From the NCBI GenBank assembly GCA_021806615.1, contig JAJZRB010000001.1:207201-271200 (forward strand): DNA of 64,000 nucleotides, in the 5' to 3' direction. Within the stretch, counting starts at the first letter, position 1; every line of letters begins with the position of its first letter. Of this stretch, positions 44,238-53,901 are shown one piece after another. The notes below the pieces were generated by a model. The model had not been told where the DNA came from. It was given only the letters and a program-made list of their open reading frames with translations, and searched no databases. This DNA comes from a bacterium. GTDB lineage: Bacteria; Patescibacteriota; Patescibacteriia; Patescibacteriales; UBA12465. A program made the position numbers and the translations under genes.

Positions 44238-45038
44238 ATGAAAGCCCGAAAAACTATCGGTTTAGCTCTTGGCTCCGGTGCTTATCGCGGTTTTGCCCAT
44301 ATCGGCGTTATCCGATCCTTGGAAAAAAATAATATCCCCATTGATTATTTAAGCGGCGCCAGTATAGGCGCTTGGGCTGCCGCCTATTATGCCAGATTTA
44401 AAGATATCGGCACCCTAGAAAAAGATTTGATTGATAACCAAAAAGAGAATATGTCCCTTCTTTTTGATTTCGGTTGGAACAAGGGGCTCATCAGCGGGGA
44501 AAAATTCTTGTTTTATTTAAATCAAAAATTACAAAATTGTAACTTTGTAGATTTGCAGATTCCGCTACGGATTGTCGCCACTGACTTGGCGAGCGGCCGC
44601 CCCTATATCTTCGATAGCGGTTCGGTCGCCAGCGCCGTACGGGCCAGTTGCGCCGTACCTATAATCTTCAAAGCCCCTGAGCATGATGACAAGTTATTAG
44701 TAGATGGCGGTCTGAGCGACCCCGTTCCCGTCGATCTATTAGTAAAAATGGGTGCCGATATCACCATCGGCGTCAATTTATATAATCAACAAGAATTTGT
44801 AACCCAAAAATATACCAGTTCCAATATCGTTGTGCGTAGCACCATGGTTATGCTGGCTAGCTTATCGCAAGCAGCGATGCATCAGGCCGATATCGTTATC
44901 GAGCCCGATCTGTCTCGGTTCGTCAAGAAAAACAGCTTAGCGAAATATTTTAGCAAGCAGAGCGCCGATGAAATGATCCATAGCGGCGAAGAGGCGACTG
45001 ACAGGATCATTCCCGAGTTAAGAAAATTATTGGATTAA
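44238..45038 (+). CDS. Patatin-like phospholipase
   Basis: The oxyanion motif GLALGSGAYRG, the nucleophile GASIGAW and the catalytic DGG. Confidence 0.85.
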   Translation: MKARKTIGLALGSGAYRGFAHIGVIRSLEKNNIPIDYLSGASIGAWAAAYYARFKDIGTLEKDLIDNQKENMSLLFDFGWNKGLISGEKFLFYLNQKLQNCNFVDLQIPLRIVATDLASGRPYIFDSGSVASAVRASCAVPIIFKAPEHDDKLLVDGGLSDPVPVDLLVKMGADITIGVNLYNQQEFVTQKYTSSNIVVRSTMVMLASLSQAAMHQADIVIEPDLSRFVKKNSLAKYFSKQSADEMIHSGEEATDRIIPELRKLLD

Positions 45039-45041
45039 AAA

Positions 45042-46085
45042 TTGGATATGAGATATCGTCTTTATACTACATCGCAGAAGGCTTGGGACGGGATGTTCAA
45101 AGCCATGGCTTCCGCCGAGAGATCCATTTATCTAGAAATGTATACTTTTTTAGACGATACTTTAGCAACCCATAATTTCTTGCAATTATTGAAAGATAAA
45201 GCGCAGGCCGGGATAGAGGTGGTTATGATTGCCGATGCTTTTGGCAGCTCTTCTCTGCGGAGCGGCGCCGCCGATGAGCTGCGAGCCGCTGGCGTGGAAT
45301 TCATATTTTTTAGCCATTTATTCAGACGTACCCACCGCAAGATTTTAATCATTGATAATCAGATCGCTTTTATCGGCGGAGTGAATATCATCGAGGAAAC
45401 TAGAAATTGGCTGGATTTACAAATTAAGCTCCAGGGGAGCATCATCAGGCCGATTCTGAAATCTTTTGCTTATGCCTATGAAATGGCTGGCGGCAAAAAG
45501 GAATCTATTCTACGTTACAGCCATCTGCCTTTAGTCCAGAAGATAAAATCCTGGATTACCGATAATCTCGCCGGAACTCCGTCGCGTTATTTATTATCTG
45601 ACTATTATAAGAAGAAGATCGTCGAAGCTAAGCATTCCATCATTATCGTTACGCCCTATTTGTTGCCGCCGCGTTGGTTCCTAGCTCTTTTGGACGATGC
45701 CTGCCGTCGCGGCGTACGGGTAGAAATGCTTATCCCTAATGATACTGACGTTAAGCCTCTCAATAAGATCAATTATCTGAACGCTTGCCGGTTAGCAGCC
45801 TTAGGCGTAAAATTCTATTTGCTGCCGATGATGAACCATGCCAAGATCATGTTGATTGACGGCGAAGAAGGGGTGATCGGCTCACAAAATATGGATGTCC
45901 TGTCTTTTAATTGGAATATTGAAGTGGGAGTATTTTTTCGTCAGAAAAAGCTGGTTAACGATTTAGAAAAAATTATTTATCATTGGAAGGCGGGGGCGGT
46001 AGCCCTGGAAATATCTCACCGGAAAATGGGCTATCTGGATCGTCTGCTCACCGCTATTTTGAAAATTTTTTATCAGATATTTTAA
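45042..46085 (+). CDS. Phospholipase D / cardiolipin synthase-like protein (two HKD motifs, no TM segment)
   Basis: HRKILIIDNQIAFIGGVNI and HAKIMLIDGEEGVIGSQNM. Confidence 0.8.
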   Translation: MDMRYRLYTTSQKAWDGMFKAMASAERSIYLEMYTFLDDTLATHNFLQLLKDKAQAGIEVVMIADAFGSSSLRSGAADELRAAGVEFIFFSHLFRRTHRKILIIDNQIAFIGGVNIIEETRNWLDLQIKLQGSIIRPILKSFAYAYEMAGGKKESILRYSHLPLVQKIKSWITDNLAGTPSRYLLSDYYKKKIVEAKHSIIIVTPYLLPPRWFLALLDDACRRGVRVEMLIPNDTDVKPLNKINYLNACRLAALGVKFYLLPMMNHAKIMLIDGEEGVIGSQNMDVLSFNWNIEVGVFFRQKKLVNDLEKIIYHWKAGAVALEISHRKMGYLDRLLTAILKIFYQIF

Positions 46086-46212
46086 ATCAGATTATATTTT
46101 TATTATCGTTCGGAGCCTATTTTTGCGATAGGCTTGTTTTTTTTGTGGTTTTCCCTTATAATATACCTAATTATTTTAAATCAAGAGCCTAAGCTCTTTT
46201 CTTCTTCTCACT

Positions 46213-48711
46213 ATGGCTGGAAAATTCATTAAGATCAGGGGGGCGCGAACTAATAACTTAAAAGATATCGGTCTAGATATCCCTCGCGATCAGCTGGTAG
46301 TCGTTACTGGCTTGTCTGGTTCCGGCAAATCATCTCTTGCCTTCGATACTATTTATGCTGAAGGACAGCGCCGTTATGTCGAATCCCTGTCTTCTTATGC
46401 GCGGCAGTTCGTCGGTTTGATGGATAAGCCGGATGTTGATTTGATTGAGGGCCTGTCACCAGCGATTTCTATTGATCAGCGTACGACTCAGCATAATCCT
46501 CGATCTACCGTCGGCACCATTACGGAAATTTATGATTATTTGAGGCTTTTATATGCTCGCGCCGGTTGGCCGTATTGTCCGCAATGCGGCGAGAAATTGA
46601 AAAAATCGTCTGAGGAGAAAAAAAAGGCTAAAACCGTGCGCGGCCGGGAAATAAAATCTAATGTCGTAGAAAGATCGTATGTTTGCCCGTCTTGCAGTTA
46701 TCGCCGTCCAGAATTAGAGCCTCGCGATTTTTCTTTTAATTCCGGCCATGGCGCTTGTCCATCCTGCGGCGGGTTGGGGACTAAGTCGGAAATTGATGCC
46801 AGCTTGGTTTTTAATGTTAATTTAAGCATCGTGGAAGGAGCTATCAAGCCCCTATCCCATGCCAATCTCAACGGTAACGGCCTGTTGGCCGCATTGGAAG
46901 ATTTAGCCGCTCGCCATAATTTCAGTTTGCGCCCAGCGATTAAAGATCTCCATCCGGATCATAGGAAACTGCTGGTATCCGGCGACGGGCAGTTCGGCGG
47001 GATTTTAAAGCATCTAGAAGAAAAATATCAAGAGACTAAATCTAGCTTCGTCAAACAAGAGATTGAAAAAGTAATGAGAGTCTCCTTATGCCCGTCTTGT
47101 AGGGGCGCACGTCTTAAGCCGGAATCGCTGGCTGTTACGGTAAACGGCTTATCGATCATCGAAGTGACCGATAAAAGCATCAAGGAATTATCTGATTTAT
47201 TGGGTTCCTGGATAAAAAATAGTGCGGCTTTAAACGGTAACGCTAAGATAATAGAGCCTATTTTACGAGAAGTGATTAGTAATTTAGGTTTTTTGTCTGA
47301 TGTCGGTTTAGGATATTTGACTTTAAGCCGAGCTGCGATGACTTTATCGGGCGGCGAAGCGCAGCGCATCCGCTTAGCTTCTCAGGTCGGATCAACCTTG
47401 AGCGGCGTCCTTTATGTTTTAGATGAGCCCTCTATCGGTTTACATCAGCGGGATAATGATAAATTAATCGCTACTTTGAAAAGATTACGCGATAACGGCA
47501 ATACGGTAATTGTCGTTGAGCATGACGCGGCTACTATGCTGGCGGCTGATTGGCTTGTTGATATCGGTCCTGGCGCCGGTGATTCCGGGGGACGAGTCTT
47601 ATTTACTGGAACGCCAGCCGGGATCAAGGATTGCCAAGATTCTCTGACCGGGGCTTATTTAGCCGGTCGGAAAGAAATAAAGATACCCAATAAATTCAGG
47701 CCAGGAAACGGCCGAGAAATAAAAATAATCGGAGCGACAGAGCATAATTTAAAGAATATCGACGTGGCGATACCGCTAGGCAAGCTCGTGGCTATTACTG
47801 GCGTTTCTGGATCAGGCAAGTCTACTTTGATGAGCGATATTCTGGCTAAGGCGCTGAGTCGTAAATTCTATCGGGCTAAAGTTGAACCCGGGGACCATAA
47901 AGGCCTAAGCGGTTTAGAATTTATAAATAAAGTTATTGATATTGATCAATCGCCCATCGGACGCACGCCACGCTCTAACCCCGCGACCTATACCGGATTG
48001 TTCACTTATATCCGCGATTTATTTGCGGCTTTGCCGGAGGCGCGCATCAAGGGCCTGGGGCCCGGACATTTTTCTTTTAATGTCCCTGGTGGGCGATGCG
48101 AAAACTGTTCCGGCGATGGAGTGATCAAGGTAGAAATGCAATTTTTATCCGATGTCTATTTGACTTGCGATGTCTGCGGCGGCAAGAGATTCAAATCTAA
48201 GGTCTTGGAGGTCCTATATCAAGGCAAGAATATTTTTGAGGTCTTAGAGATGACCGTTCAAGAAGCTAATGACTTTTTTAAGCATCATTCGGCTATCAGC
48301 CAGAAGCTCAAAACCCTGTCCGAAGTCGGTTTGGATTATATCAAGCTCGGGCAAAGCGCGACGACCTTCTCTGGCGGCGAAGCGCAGCGTATAAAATTAG
48401 CGACCGAGCTATCGCGGCGCGCTACCGGCAAGACTCTCTACATCCTGGACGAACCGACGACCGGCCTGCATTTCGCTGATATCGACCGTCTTTTAAAAGT
48501 GCTCAATATGTTGGTCGATCAGGGCAACACCGTTTTGATTATTGAACATAACTTGGATGTTATCAAGTCAGTGGATTGGGTAATTGATCTTGGCCCGGAT
48601 GGCGGTGAAAGCGGCGGATATCTAGTAGCTGCCGGCACGCCTCCGGAAATAGCAAAAATTAGCCGCAGCTATACCGGGCAATATTTGAAGAAAATGTCGG
48701 TTATAAAGTAA
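46213..48711 (+). CDS. uvrA: Excinuclease ABC subunit A, short form lacking the UvrB-binding domain
   Basis: [28 protein letters not shown], two ABC modules and zinc modules. Only 33 aa separate CPQC (aa 122) from CPSC (aa 158). Confidence 0.9.
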   Translation: MAGKFIKIRGARTNNLKDIGLDIPRDQLVVVTGLSGSGKSSLAFDTIYAEGQRRYVESLSSYARQFVGLMDKPDVDLIEGLSPAISIDQRTTQHNPRSTVGTITEIYDYLRLLYARAGWPYCPQCGEKLKKSSEEKKKAKTVRGREIKSNVVERSYVCPSCSYRRPELEPRDFSFNSGHGACPSCGGLGTKSEIDASLVFNVNLSIVEGAIKPLSHANLNGNGLLAALEDLAARHNFSLRPAIKDLHPDHRKLLVSGDGQFGGILKHLEEKYQETKSSFVKQEIEKVMRVSLCPSCRGARLKPESLAVTVNGLSIIEVTDKSIKELSDLLGSWIKNSAALNGNAKIIEPILREVISNLGFLSDVGLGYLTLSRAAMTLSGGEAQRIRLASQVGSTLSGVLYVLDEPSIGLHQRDNDKLIATLKRLRDNGNTVIVVEHDAATMLAADWLVDIGPGAGDSGGRVLFTGTPAGIKDCQDSLTGAYLAGRKEIKIPNKFRPGNGREIKIIGATEHNLKNIDVAIPLGKLVAITGVSGSGKSTLMSDILAKALSRKFYRAKVEPGDHKGLSGLEFINKVIDIDQSPIGRTPRSNPATYTGLFTYIRDLFAALPEARIKGLGPGHFSFNVPGGRCENCSGDGVIKVEMQFLSDVYLTCDVCGGKRFKSKVLEVLYQGKNIFEVLEMTVQEANDFFKHHSAISQKLKTLSEVGLDYIKLGQSATTFSGGEAQRIKLATELSRRATGKTLYILDEPTTGLHFADIDRLLKVLNMLVDQGNTVLIIEHNLDVIKSVDWVIDLGPDGGESGGYLVAAGTPPEIAKISRSYTGQYLKKMSVIK

Positions 48712-48717
48712 ATAATT

Positions 48718-48740
48718 AAAAACCCGGGAACCGGGTTTTT
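48718..48740. terminator. Bidirectional terminator between uvrA and the ATPase operon
   Basis: AAAAACCCGG-gaa-CCGGGTTTTT. Confidence 0.75.
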
Positions 48741-48744
48741 ATAA

Positions 48745-49239
48745 TTATAGTTCCGCCAGCAGCTTCAATTCTATCCGCCGGCTACCAGTGTCCAGCGTAG
48801 CAAAAGTAGCTTGATGCCATACCCCCGCTAAGTTGCCGGGGTTCGCTATAATGGTAGAGCCCCGCCGTTCTAACCATGGCTTATGGGTGTGGCCATAGAA
48901 TATATAATCTATTATTTCGGCCGTTGATTCTAATAATATTTTTATTTTGGCTGGTTCGTGGACTAGCCCGATATGCAATCCCGCTAATTCTAAGAGCCCA
49001 GTTTCACCGTAATAGCGGATATTACGATAGGCACCCAATTCCGTTTCTGAAAAAAGCTCAATATTGCCTCTAACCATAAAAATCTCGCCGGAGAATGCCG
49101 CGAGATTTTTAATAGTTTCGCTAGTTGTCGTATCGCCGCAAAAAATTATTTGTTTAATCTCATTAGTGCGGCACCAGCCTAGGCATTTTTTCAGGTTTTC
49201 TAGATTATCATGGATATCCGAAAGAACGGCAATCAACAT
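48745..49239 (-). CDS. YfcE/MJ0936-family metallophosphoesterase
   Basis: The motifs LSDIHDN, GDTT, GN and GHTH, in the canonical order. Confidence 0.85.
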   Translation of the reverse strand: MLIAVLSDIHDNLENLKKCLGWCRTNEIKQIIFCGDTTTSETIKNLAAFSGEIFMVRGNIELFSETELGAYRNIRYYGETGLLELAGLHIGLVHEPAKIKILLESTAEIIDYIFYGHTHKPWLERRGSTIIANPGNLAGVWHQATFATLDTGSRRIELKLLAEL

Positions 49240-49240
49240 A

Positions 49241-49816
49241 TTATTTTTTCCCGCGCAATCTTATCTCGTAAGACATTTGTTCTAACTTCCTCAAATGTCC
49301 TCGTGCTTGGTCATATTTAGTACGCAGATAACCGGTCAGGTCGAAATCGACTAATTGGACCATGATATCATCGGCCGTCTTTTTAATTTTGGCTACCTCG
49401 GAGAATTGGCCGGCCGCGGCCTGGTTGGTCGCATAGCGCACCAGTTCGCCTATGAGGTCGCAGATACCGCCCAGATAGCCTTCATAGTCTAAGTTTAATC
49501 CCGCGGTAGAATCAATTTTTTTATTTTTAATGATTATCTGGAAAGTTTTTCCCTCTAAATATTCCTCCACGGCCGCCTTATAAGCTCCTTCGCGGTGCAA
49601 GCGCTCGGATCCGAAACGATCTTCCAGGTCCTTTAAAGATTTTTCCATTTCATTTATTTTTCTTTCGGCCGATTTCAAGTCTTGGCGGTGCAGAGCAAAG
49701 ATAGTTTTTTTCGCCTCAAAGAGAATATTGTTAGACGCGCTTATTATCTGGCGGCGCTGAGACTCGTTAGCCTGATAATCATTTTTTAATTTTTTTAGGA
49801 ATTTATCATTAATCAT
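49241..49816 (-). CDS. Translin-family protein (COG2178-like)
   Basis: An all-helical ORF with the motif YEGYLGGICDLIGELVRYA (Y..G..D..GEL.R) and N-terminal ALHRQDLKSAE, as in translin/TRAX-like proteins. Confidence 0.55.
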   Translation of the reverse strand: MINDKFLKKLKNDYQANESQRRQIISASNNILFEAKKTIFALHRQDLKSAERKINEMEKSLKDLEDRFGSERLHREGAYKAAVEEYLEGKTFQIIIKNKKIDSTAGLNLDYEGYLGGICDLIGELVRYATNQAAAGQFSEVAKIKKTADDIMVQLVDFDLTGYLRTKYDQARGHLRKLEQMSYEIRLRGKK

Positions 49817-49818
49817 AT

Positions 49819-52800
49819 TTATTCAATTACTTTAAATACCTCTTCTAAGCTGGTTTCTCCTTGGAGAGCCTTGATAATTCCGTCTTGTAGCATGGTAATC
49901 ATGCCCTCTTTTATGGCCTCATTTTCAATGTCAAAATCGGTGACGTTGTCGGTCTGGATTAATTTCTGGATAGCTGGCGTCATAGTTATGGTTTCGTAGA
50001 GCCCCAGACGTCCCTTATAACCGATATTCTGGCATTTTTCGCAGCCGGTTCCTTCGTAGAATACTAATTTTTCTGGAATTTTAATTAAAGAATTATGAAT
50101 TTGGCTGAGACTTTTCTGGACTTGTTCCAGCCGTTCAGAAGAGGGGGGCGTTATTTTTTTGCAATAAGGACAGAGGCGGCGGACTAGACGCTGCCCGATA
50201 GTGAAGTCAATAGAATTGGCTAGTGTTTGTCGGTCTAATCCTAGTCCGGCAAAACGGGAAATAGCCCCAGCCGCGCTATTAGCATGGATGGTTGATAAGA
50301 CTAGGTGCCCGGTCAAGGAGGCCTCAATGGCTATCTTGGCAGTTTCTGAGTCGCGGATTTCTCCGATCATCATGATATTCGGATTTTGACGCAGCAAGGA
50401 GCGCATCGCTGAAGCAAAAGTATAACCATGTTCTTCGTCTATTTGAGTTTGCATGATGCCTGGCAGCTGGTATTCGATCGGATCTTCTACGGTAATTATT
50501 TTAACGTCAGGCTTGTTTAATTTATTCAAAATACTGTAGAGGGTGGTAGTTTTTCCTGACCCAGTCGGACCGGTCGTCAAGATTATGCCGCGGGTTTTCT
50601 TCATGGCCAACTGTAGAGAATCAAACGCTACCGAGGTGATCCCCAGCTTATTCATATCTAAATTAGCGGCCGTAGAAGAGAGCAGACGGACGACGATGGT
50701 TTCACCGTAACCGCCGGCGATAATGGATAAACGGCAGTCAATTTTATGATCGGGTAGATAGATCGTAAAGCGTCCATCAAAAGTAGCTCTTTTAATATTA
50801 GTCGGCGTTCCGGCCAAGATTTTTATTTCCGATAAAATCGGCAAATAGCTGGTTTTCGGTAAATTTAGGATATCGTGTAAAACGCCATCAATACGAAAAC
50901 GAACTTTGACGTTATTCTCCGTAGGTTCAATATGGATATCGCCGGCCTCCGCCACTGCCGCAAGGGCCATGATCATATTGATTAAATCTCCGGTAGGGAT
51001 TTCTTTGGCGGCCTCGGCTATTTTGGTTATGTCTTGGCTTAGTTTCTTCGCCTGTTCCATTTCCGTCGTCTTAATTTTTACGCCGCGGCCGATAGTTTGG
51101 GAAATGACGATGTCATATAGTTCGTTGACATAATCAAAATTGCCAATGACGCGATAGATTTCTTCTAAGGAAGTCAGTCCTTCTAAAACTTTTAAAATTC
51201 CGTCTTGCAGCATGGTAATCATGCCGTCCTCAACAGCTTGTTGGAGAATTTTAAAAGAAGGCGCATTATCAACTGTCAGCTGTTTGATCTTATCGTTCAT
51301 CGTGAAAATTTCATAGATACCGCTGCGGCCTTTATAACCGATGAAATTGCAAGCCGAGCAGCCTGGTCCTGTCTGGTAGATTGTCGGCAGTTCAGCCGGA
51401 ACGTCAATGCCGGCCTTAGGAGAAATAACCGCCAAGATTTTATCTACCTGTTCTTTTTCTTCCGCTGATAATATCTTTTTTTGCCGGCATTCCGGGCAGA
51501 GGCAACGGACTAGTCGCTGCCCGATGACGGCGTTAATTGAAGGCACTAGGAAATAAGGCTTGACGCCGATATCGATAAGTCGCGGGATAACGCCAGCGGC
51601 ATCATTGGTATGAAGGGTGGATAAGACGAGGTGCCCGGTCAGAGAAGCTTGGACGGCTATTTCGGCCGTTTCTAAGTCTCGGATTTCTCCGACCATAACG
51701 ACGTTCGGGTCTTGGCGCAGTATAGAGCGCAAGCCGTCGGAAAAAGTATAGCCGCGCTTATTATCTACCTGGCTTTGATTTATGCCTTTGAGCTGATATT
51801 CAATCGGATCTTCCAGGGTAATGATCTTAGTACCTGGTTGATTGAGTTGGTTCAGAACGGCATATAGGGTCGTAGTTTTTCCTGAACCGGTCGGTCCGGT
51901 TGTCAGGACGAGGCCGTTGGGTTTAGCGATCTCATGTTTTAAGATTGGCAGTATTTCCGGCCGGATACCCAGCTTTTCGAATTCTAGAGAAGCGGCCGAT
52001 GAATCCAGAAGACGCATCACCACGCTTTCTCCATAGGCGGTAGGCAAGAAGGAACAGCGGACGTCTATTTTTTTGTCTTTTAAGTAAATGGTATAGCGGC
52101 CGTCCTGCGGTCGGTCATTGATATTTATCTTGACGCGAGCCAGGATCTTTAAGCGGGCGACGATTTTATTCCATTTTTCCCGGCTGATAACGGCTGCTTC
52201 CTGGAGGACTCCGTCGATTCTGATCCTAATGACCACGCCGTTTTCCTCCGCTTCTATATGGACATCGCTCCCGCCGACTTTTAAGGCCGTAGCTAACATC
52301 AGCGTAACGACATCGGTGATATTAACCTCATTGATTTTTTCATTTAGGCTTTTATAGCTGCTGATAGCTTCTTTGAATTTTTCCAAGCTTTCCTCGTTTA
52401 TTTCTACGCCGCTTTCATATTTTTTGACTTTGGGGAGGGACTTATAAGCTTCCAAGCCCACTTCCAAGCTGTTAGGAGAAATAAGATATAGCCGCGTGCT
52501 GGCGAAATACTGTTCGCCGAGACGCGCTAATTCGTCTTCCACTTCCCGCGTCGGTTCTAAGCAGCCTAGACGGATATTCTTCCCGTCGTAATAGAAACAG
52601 ATCGCTTTCATTTCTCGAGCTCGGCCTTCTTGGACCAGAGCTAAGGCTTCCGGACTTATAGAGAAGCCGTATAGATTAACATAATCTAAGCCTAATTGTT
52701 GGGAATTTTGTTGTGTCTGTTTTTCAATCCGCTTCAGTTTTATCTCGTCTTGCTTTTTAGCAAAACGACCGGCGACGCTTTCTTCGTCATCGGTCGGATT

Positions 52801-52833
52801 GATCAAGTTTTCAATGGATGCAAAATCACTCAT
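49819..52833 (-). CDS. Tandem-duplicated PilB/GspE-type secretion ATPase (two complete N2+CTD modules in one polypeptide)
   Basis: Module 1 is aa 1-564. It has a GspE-N-like domain, Walker A GPTGSGKTTT (aa 313), VVMVGEIRD, GHLVLSTLHTN and CPEC...CSAC. Module 2 is aa ~565-1004. It has Walker A GPTGSGKTTT (aa 755), IMMIGEIRD, GHLVLSTIHAN and CPYC...CEKC. Confidence 0.9.
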   Translation of the reverse strand: MSDFASIENLINPTDDEESVAGRFAKKQDEIKLKRIEKQTQQNSQQLGLDYVNLYGFSISPEALALVQEGRAREMKAICFYYDGKNIRLGCLEPTREVEDELARLGEQYFASTRLYLISPNSLEVGLEAYKSLPKVKKYESGVEINEESLEKFKEAISSYKSLNEKINEVNITDVVTLMLATALKVGGSDVHIEAEENGVVIRIRIDGVLQEAAVISREKWNKIVARLKILARVKININDRPQDGRYTIYLKDKKIDVRCSFLPTAYGESVVMRLLDSSAASLEFEKLGIRPEILPILKHEIAKPNGLVLTTGPTGSGKTTTLYAVLNQLNQPGTKIITLEDPIEYQLKGINQSQVDNKRGYTFSDGLRSILRQDPNVVMVGEIRDLETAEIAVQASLTGHLVLSTLHTNDAAGVIPRLIDIGVKPYFLVPSINAVIGQRLVRCLCPECRQKKILSAEEKEQVDKILAVISPKAGIDVPAELPTIYQTGPGCSACNFIGYKGRSGIYEIFTMNDKIKQLTVDNAPSFKILQQAVEDGMITMLQDGILKVLEGLTSLEEIYRVIGNFDYVNELYDIVISQTIGRGVKIKTTEMEQAKKLSQDITKIAEAAKEIPTGDLINMIMALAAVAEAGDIHIEPTENNVKVRFRIDGVLHDILNLPKTSYLPILSEIKILAGTPTNIKRATFDGRFTIYLPDHKIDCRLSIIAGGYGETIVVRLLSSTAANLDMNKLGITSVAFDSLQLAMKKTRGIILTTGPTGSGKTTTLYSILNKLNKPDVKIITVEDPIEYQLPGIMQTQIDEEHGYTFASAMRSLLRQNPNIMMIGEIRDSETAKIAIEASLTGHLVLSTIHANSAAGAISRFAGLGLDRQTLANSIDFTIGQRLVRRLCPYCKKITPPSSERLEQVQKSLSQIHNSLIKIPEKLVFYEGTGCEKCQNIGYKGRLGLYETITMTPAIQKLIQTDNVTDFDIENEAIKEGMITMLQDGIIKALQGETSLEEVFKVIE

Positions 52834-52865
52834 AGTTTAAAAGATACCGCCCTTGAGATAATGAA

Positions 52866-53846
52866 TTAAGATTTTCGGCCGAAGACTCTCTCTAGCTTCG
52901 CGACGGCGCCCCGGTCTTTTAGTTGTAAGAATAAATTGGTCCAAGTGGCGATTTGGAAGGTAGTTAATACTGAGCCGACCAGGATAATGATGACTATGGC
53001 TAGGATTATCATGAGAATAACCAGCCAGCTTATTTTAAACATTAATCCGAGTAATAATAAGGGAAGCAGGAAAATAGCTAATGCCGCCAGGATTAAGCCG
53101 CTGACTAGGAAGTTGATTATAAACAGGATGATGGCCATTTCCAGGCTGACCAACCAATTTTTATTAAATAGTCTTTTGCCATTTTCTAGGGAAGCTACGA
53201 ATGATTTATTATCTAGAACACGGTAGGCAATAGCGTATTTGAGCATGAGGGACAGGCCGACCGCTATCGGCACGAAAATGACGAAGAAGATAGTGTACAT
53301 TACGGCTAAAGCCGTGGCATCGCTGATTACCATGAATAAAAGGGGCAGGCTGATGATGAAAAAGACGAAACTTACGATGATTTTGATCATTAGATTCAAG
53401 CCTAATACCGACCAAAAATGGTAATGGCCGGCCGTCAAGCTGTCGCGGAGGCTCAATTGCAGGTCTTTTTTCTTATTCTCGTTAATTTTTTTGACATCGC
53501 TGACCAAGGCTGCTTGGCAGGTTATCGCTAGCCAAACGAAAGAAGCTAGTAGCACGAAAGAAATCAAAAGCAGAGACAAGACATTCATTATCGTCAACAC
53601 GTCATAATGGAACAGGTTAATAAGGCCAGTTAAAAAGTTTTTAGCCAGATCAGCTAGAGCCAAGATCCCATCCAGACGATAATAAGAACCGTCTACCATT
53701 CCCTGATTTAAATTCTGGGACATCAATTGATATTCCCAGGAGCCGCCAGCCGCCGTTAAAGAGGCAAATAAGCCAAGAAACCATAAATATTTATGTTTCC
53801 AGGAGACGGCCCACGCCTGTTTTAATAAAGAGCGATAAGAAAACAT
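52866..53846 (-). CDS. Polytopic membrane protein of unknown function (first gene of the ATPase operon)
   Basis: About 6-7 TM helices. It lies 32 nt upstream of the tandem ATPase gene. I recognise no family. Confidence 0.5.
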   Translation of the reverse strand: MFSYRSLLKQAWAVSWKHKYLWFLGLFASLTAAGGSWEYQLMSQNLNQGMVDGSYYRLDGILALADLAKNFLTGLINLFHYDVLTIMNVLSLLLISFVLLASFVWLAITCQAALVSDVKKINENKKKDLQLSLRDSLTAGHYHFWSVLGLNLMIKIIVSFVFFIISLPLLFMVISDATALAVMYTIFFVIFVPIAVGLSLMLKYAIAYRVLDNKSFVASLENGKRLFNKNWLVSLEMAIILFIINFLVSGLILAALAIFLLPLLLLGLMFKISWLVILMIILAIVIIILVGSVLTTFQIATWTNLFLQLKDRGAVAKLERVFGRKS

Positions 53847-53901
53847 AGGATTTAAAATTATTTTTAAATTTAGCTTGCCTAATTTAATTATTATAAATTC
53901 A

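Noticed and set aside
49819-52833. I considered whether the 1004-aa ATPase is an artefact of two adjacent pilB/pilT genes merged by a sequencing error.
   Set aside because: The frame is continuous through a plausible ~45-aa linker. Module 2 has no start codon/RBS context or N-terminal GspE-N domain of its own. The halves are diverged rather than collapsed repeats. This still needs read-level verification, so it is listed as the check in the finding.
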